Under the pieces are notes generated by a model. That model worked only from the letters and a program-made list of their open reading frames with translations. It did no database searches and was not told the origin of the DNA. The position numbers and the translations under genes were made by a program. DNA of 64,000 bases from Candidatus Avidehalobacter gallistercoris (GTDB taxonomy: Bacteria; Bacillota; Dehalobacteriia; UBA4068; UBA4997): NCBI GenBank assembly GCA_018715045.1, contig DVMH01000027.1, positions 6,306 through 70,305 of the forward strand. The letters are read 5' to 3'. Positions 60,347 through 64,000 of the stretch are shown here, piece by piece. Within the stretch, counting starts at the first letter, position 1. Each line of letters opens with the position of its first letter.

Positions 60347-61609
60347 TTACTCCGTCTTTAACCCCGGATAATCCAGCGTCGCAAACAAATCGGCCATCGT
60401 TTCTGACCGGCGAATCCGCCGCAGCGTGCCATTCTCCTGCAGCAAAAGCTCCTGGCAGCGCAGTTTGCCATTGTAATTGAAGCCCATCGTCAGCCCATGC
60501 GCTCCCGTATCGTGAATAGCCAGCAGATCCCCCACCTGGATTTCCGGCAACGACCGGTTCACGGCAAATTTGTCGTTGTTCTCGCACAGCGACCCCACCA
60601 CGTCATACACATGATCCGCGGGCTGGGTCTGCTTGCCCAGCACCGTGATATGATGATACGCGCCGTAGATCGCCGGACGCATCAGATGCGCCATGCACGC
60701 GTCCACGCCGATATAATGGCGATAGATATTCTTTGTATGCACCGCCCTGGTCACCAAAATGCCGTGCGGTCCGGTCATCAAACGCCCGCTTTCCATCGCC
60801 AGTGTCACTCCGCCAAGACCGGCAGGCGCCAACAGCCGTTCATATTCGCGGCGTATGCCCTTGCCAACGGCAGCTATATCCAGATCCGGTTCGTCCGGGC
60901 GATATGCCAGCCCCAAACCGCCGCCAAGATTGATGAATTCCACGGCCACGCCCAGCTTATCTTTGATTTCCACCGCCAGCTCAAACATCATGGTAGCAGT
61001 ACCAATGATATAATCCGCTGCCAGCTCATTAGAGACGATCATGGTGTGCAGACCGAAACGCTGCACTCCTTTGGCACGGCAGACTTCCACCGCCCTCAGC
61101 AGCTGCTCGTGCGTCATACCATATTTTGCCTCCTCCGGCCGGCCGATAATCGCATTACCGCCGCCCCGCGCCGCGCCAGGATTATAGCGGAACGAAAGCA
61201 ACTCCGGCAGGCCGCAGTTTTGCTCTAAAAACGCAATATGCGAAAAATCGTCCAGATTAACGGTAGCGCCCAGAGCCAGCGCCTTGGCGAATTCTTCCGC
61301 CGGGGTGTTGTTGGAGGTAAAACAGATTTCCGCCCCGCGCATACCCACGGCCTCAGCCATCAGCAACTCGGCATAGGAGCTGCAATCCGCCCCCAGCCCC
61401 TCTTCGCGCAGAATTTCCAGTATGTAAGGATTCGGCAGCGCTTTCACGGCATAATGCTCACGAAAGCCTGGCGCCCAGGCAAACGCAGCAAGCAGCTCCC
61501 GCGCCTGCCGCCGGATACCCCTCTCGTCATATAAATGAAATGGCGTACCAAATTGCTCCGCCGCCTCTCTGATTTTTTCCTCCGGACAAAAAAGCCGTTT
61601 TTCGGCCAT
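60347..61609 (-). CDS. lysA: diaminopimelate decarboxylase (Orn/DAP/Arg decarboxylase family 2)
   Basis: Alanine-racemase-like TIM barrel plus a C-terminal beta domain (FGTPFHLYDE, ESGRLMTGPHG, IHDTGAHG). Start at the ATG at 61609 behind gggag. Confidence 0.6.
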   Translation of the reverse strand: MAEKRLFCPEEKIREAAEQFGTPFHLYDERGIRRQARELLAAFAWAPGFREHYAVKALPNPYILEILREEGLGADCSSYAELLMAEAVGMRGAEICFTSNNTPAEEFAKALALGATVNLDDFSHIAFLEQNCGLPELLSFRYNPGAARGGGNAIIGRPEEAKYGMTHEQLLRAVEVCRAKGVQRFGLHTMIVSNELAADYIIGTATMMFELAVEIKDKLGVAVEFINLGGGLGLAYRPDEPDLDIAAVGKGIRREYERLLAPAGLGGVTLAMESGRLMTGPHGILVTRAVHTKNIYRHYIGVDACMAHLMRPAIYGAYHHITVLGKQTQPADHVYDVVGSLCENNDKFAVNRSLPEIQVGDLLAIHDTGAHGLTMGFNYNGKLRCQELLLQENGTLRRIRRSETMADLFATLDYPGLKTE

Positions 61610-61707
61610 ACGTCTCACTCCCTAACTCGCAAGATGATTATATTAAACCATTCGCCCCCTCTAAAAGTCAAGAGGCCAAGCGTATGTATACATTACAATT
61701 CCCGTCT

Positions 61708-61741
61708 AAAAATGCACCCTGCCGAAGCGGGGTGCATTTAA
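61708..61741 (-). terminator. rho-independent terminator downstream of the PhzF-family gene
   Basis: aaatgcaccc-tgccgaag-cggggtgcattt. On the minus strand the hairpin is followed by ttttag. Confidence 0.6.
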
Positions 61742-61789
61742 ATCCACTGTTATTGCATGTTCAGACTGTTTTGGCGCTATATGACAGTT

Positions 61790-62566
61790 TCACAACATGA
61801 TTTCTGAAACGGCAAACAACACCGCCTGGCCGGCTAAAAACACCTTGCCGCCCTCCAGGCGGCAATAAAGAGTTCCGCCGCGCTTAGACGCCTGATACGC
61901 CACAATATCCTGCTTGCCCAGCATAGCCGCCCAATACGGCACTATATGACAATGACCGGAGCCGCATACCGGGTCTTCGCCAACATTCAGCTTAGGCGCA
62001 AAGCTCCGCGAAACGCAATCAGTTTGCGTACCCCTGGCCGTCACTTGCAGCAGCAAACCGTCCAGTTGTTTGACCTTGGCCATATTAGGTTGCAGATTTC
62101 TCAGCGTAGCCTCATCCTGCATAATACAAAGCAGATCCCGCCCCATATACGCCGCCAGCGGGGAAGCGCCAAGAGCTTCCGTCATTGCCTGCGTTACCGG
62201 CACCTGCTTCAGACGATACGCCGGGAATTCCATTTCCAGCAGTTTGCCCAGCCTGTTCACAATTAATTCACCGCTAAGCGTGGTAAAAACAACCCGATTT
62301 GCGTCCGGAATATAGTAATTCAGCAGCACATATCCGCATGCCAGCGTCGCATGGCCGCACAAGTCGATCTCGCCGCCGGGCGTGAACCAGCGCAGATGAT
62401 ACTTTTCCCCTTCTTTAACCGCAAAAGCCGTCTCTGAAAGATTATTCTCCTGCGTAATATTCATCATGGTTTCTTCCGGCAACCAATCGTCAAGCACACA
62501 AATGGCCGCCGGATTGCCATGAAAAACACTGTCCGTAAAAGCATCGACAACATACTGTTTAAGCAT
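61790..62566 (-). CDS. PhzF-family (diaminopimelate-epimerase-fold) isomerase
   Basis: YVVDAFTDSVFHGNPAAICVLD...LSETAF is the PhzF family signature. Start at the ATG at 62566. Confidence 0.8.
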   Translation of the reverse strand: MLKQYVVDAFTDSVFHGNPAAICVLDDWLPEETMMNITQENNLSETAFAVKEGEKYHLRWFTPGGEIDLCGHATLACGYVLLNYYIPDANRVVFTTLSGELIVNRLGKLLEMEFPAYRLKQVPVTQAMTEALGASPLAAYMGRDLLCIMQDEATLRNLQPNMAKVKQLDGLLLQVTARGTQTDCVSRSFAPKLNVGEDPVCGSGHCHIVPYWAAMLGKQDIVAYQASKRGGTLYCRLEGGKVFLAGQAVLFAVSEIML

Positions 62567-62676
62567 AATCAACTCCCGCTTTATCGTTCTCATTATAGCC
62601 CGCGCGTAAACATCAAACAAAATAACGCTGCTTAAAAGCCTCTGTCATGTTAGCTCAGCCGGCAAATTCAAACCTG

Positions 62677-63210
62677 CTACACATAAAACACACGGTTTTC
62701 TTTCCGAGGCGCTGCAAGCGGAAGTTCACCGTCCACATAACCCAGTGCGCAGTGGCCGATCCCTTCGAACTCGCCCGCCATGCCTAAGCTGGCCAGCAGG
62801 GATTTATACCCCTCCATCTCAAACTCTTCTTTGGCGCGGTGAATCCAGCAACTACCCAAGCCAAGCGCATGAGCCGCCAGCATTAGATTCCCCATCACCA
62901 GGCTGCCATCATATATCCGGTTAGGCCAATCTTTTTCCGCCAGCACAATTAGAATTACCGGCGCGCCATAAAACGGATCAAAGCCGTCTTCCCAGCCGCC
63001 TATCTTCCGATTATCCTCCACGATCTTATTCCGCAGCTCTTTGTTAGTCACGGCAATAATGCGCGTTGCCTGCTGCCCTCTGGCGCTGGCAGCGTAAAGA
63101 CCGGCCTCGATAATTTGATCGATCAGTTCCCGCTCAATCATGTCCGGTTTGAATCTTCGAATACTCCGCCTTTCCAGCATATCTTTGATGGTTTGATTCA
63201 TATTAGCCAC
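62677..63210 (-). CDS. nitroreductase-family protein
   Basis: LERRSIRRFKPDMI FMN-binding N-terminus. 177 aa. Confidence 0.8.
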   Translation of the reverse strand: MANMNQTIKDMLERRSIRRFKPDMIERELIDQIIEAGLYAASARGQQATRIIAVTNKELRNKIVEDNRKIGGWEDGFDPFYGAPVILIVLAEKDWPNRIYDGSLVMGNLMLAAHALGLGSCWIHRAKEEFEMEGYKSLLASLGMAGEFEGIGHCALGYVDGELPLAAPRKENRVFYV

Positions 63211-63447
63211 ACCCTTTCTTTAATTCTCACAGTCATGCCCTAACCCGCCAAAGAGAAGCTTTCTTTTTATATTAGCATTAAAATACCCTGCGCGCAAGCA
63301 TAAAAATTTTCTCTAAACAAACCAGAATTACAGTTTAGAGTTCCACACTGTTTTTATAATGAATCCGTTTGCAATTAATCGAGACAGCGACATTGTTGAA
63401 GTAAAAAAGAACGATTACTTAGGCGTGAAAATAGTCGCCTGAATTTA

Positions 63448-64000
63448 TTATTCTGAAATGGTGATTTTTATTGGCGTCGCTTTGCCGCCATTAAATCCCA
63501 TCAAAACAAACGGGCAGGCTGAAACGGCTACTAATGCATCAGTTAGAAACTTTAACATGATGTAATCGCCGGCACATGAGTGTTTCAGTTCACTGCCCTG
63601 TCCGCCCGCCGCAATCGCGTTCATATCCGGCGTGTTTTGAAATAAATTCCATGGATCTGGAATGCGCCATTCTTCTATACCATATGGTGCAAGGTTTTCC
63701 TTAAAGTTCTGCTGACAGGTGCGCTCATCAATCGTTCCGCCATACCGCAGATGTTCTGCGGTATCACAGGCGGCATAGGTAGAATCGTGAATTCCAAAAG
63801 TATCCTCAACAACCGCAAGCATCGGATTATTGAAATTCGTCACCAAAGTATCGCCTACCGTAAAATTGTTTCTGCGCATACCAAGGCGGCAACGGGACAT
63901 GGATAGAAACTCTTTGGCATCAGGCTGGCAGAACGCCATAAAATCTACGACCTGTTCCCCCTCCAAATCAGTAACCGTAACGTACTGATTTGCTTTAACA
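63448..64000 (-). CDS. hypothetical protein; the ORF continues past the window end, so its N-terminus is not in view
   Basis: Open minus-strand frame to position 64000 with no upstream stop. I found no recognisable family motif. Confidence 0.4.
   Translation of the reverse strand, partial: VKANQYVTVTDLEGEQVVDFMAFCQPDAKEFLSMSRCRLGMRRNNFTVGDTLVTNFNNPMLAVVEDTFGIHDSTYAACDTAEHLRYGGTIDERTCQQNFKENLAPYGIEEWRIPDPWNLFQNTPDMNAIAAGGQGSELKHSCAGDYIMLKFLTDALVAVSACPFVLMGFNGGKATPIKITISE

Overview
This 64 kb window is chromosomal DNA from a high-GC (about 58%) Firmicutes, probably Clostridia-like. Gene density is high and almost all of it is housekeeping. I found no CRISPR array, transposase or integrase.

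Gene content, in order along the window:
1. An AT-rich 5' edge carrying the start of an ECF-like sigma factor gene (partial, minus strand).
2. A 2071-aa secreted surface protein (vWA domain, List_Bact repeats, three C-terminal SLH domains). An A13 homopolymer and an AT-rich stretch lie upstream of it.
3. hppA (membrane H+/Na+ pyrophosphatase), secG and cobD.
4. An MFS transporter fused to a C-terminal CBS pair. It sits behind a strong promoter and a roughly 210-nt structured leader with two terminator-like hairpins.
5. cobO, then a cobalamin riboswitch leading a long anaerobic B12/heme operon: cbiP, cbiB, cbiC, cbiD, cbiET, cbiG, cbiH, cbiJ, cbiA, hemA, sirC, hemC, cobA-hemD, hemB, hemL, cbiF.
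6. tRNA-Asn(GTT) and a CAT-anticodon tRNA behind a perfect consensus promoter.
7. A minus-strand macromolecular-synthesis block: a VanZ-like protein, rpoD, dnaG, a dGTPase-like protein and a tandem-HTH protein.
8. An HD hydrolase, rlmA, thioredoxin (minus), glmS (minus), a Zn-ribbon/hotdog thioesterase, secA, prfB, split transketolase and asnB (minus).
9. A membrane protein with a degenerate HD-GYP domain.
10. A block syntenic with the B. subtilis origin-proximal region, all on the minus strand. Listed in descending coordinate order (minus-strand 5' to 3'), the genes are: a lysine/arginine decarboxylase (yaaO-like), tmk, holB, ricT/yaaT, yabA, yabB, rsmI, metG, tatD, yabE-like.
11. lysA, a PhzF-family protein, a nitroreductase and a partial hypothetical ORF at the 3' edge.

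The most unusual observation is in prfB (RF2). At the canonical autoregulatory position it has an in-frame TGA at codon 27 and no +1 frameshift. Uninterrupted RF2 homology resumes in the same frame immediately after the stop.

Secondary observations:
1. The structured, terminator-bearing leader of the MFS-CBS transporter, which lies inside the B12 locus.
2. The possibly phase-variable giant SLH adhesin next to an AT-rich sigma-factor islet.
3. The degenerate HD-GYP protein.
4. A thioredoxin with a CGYC active site.
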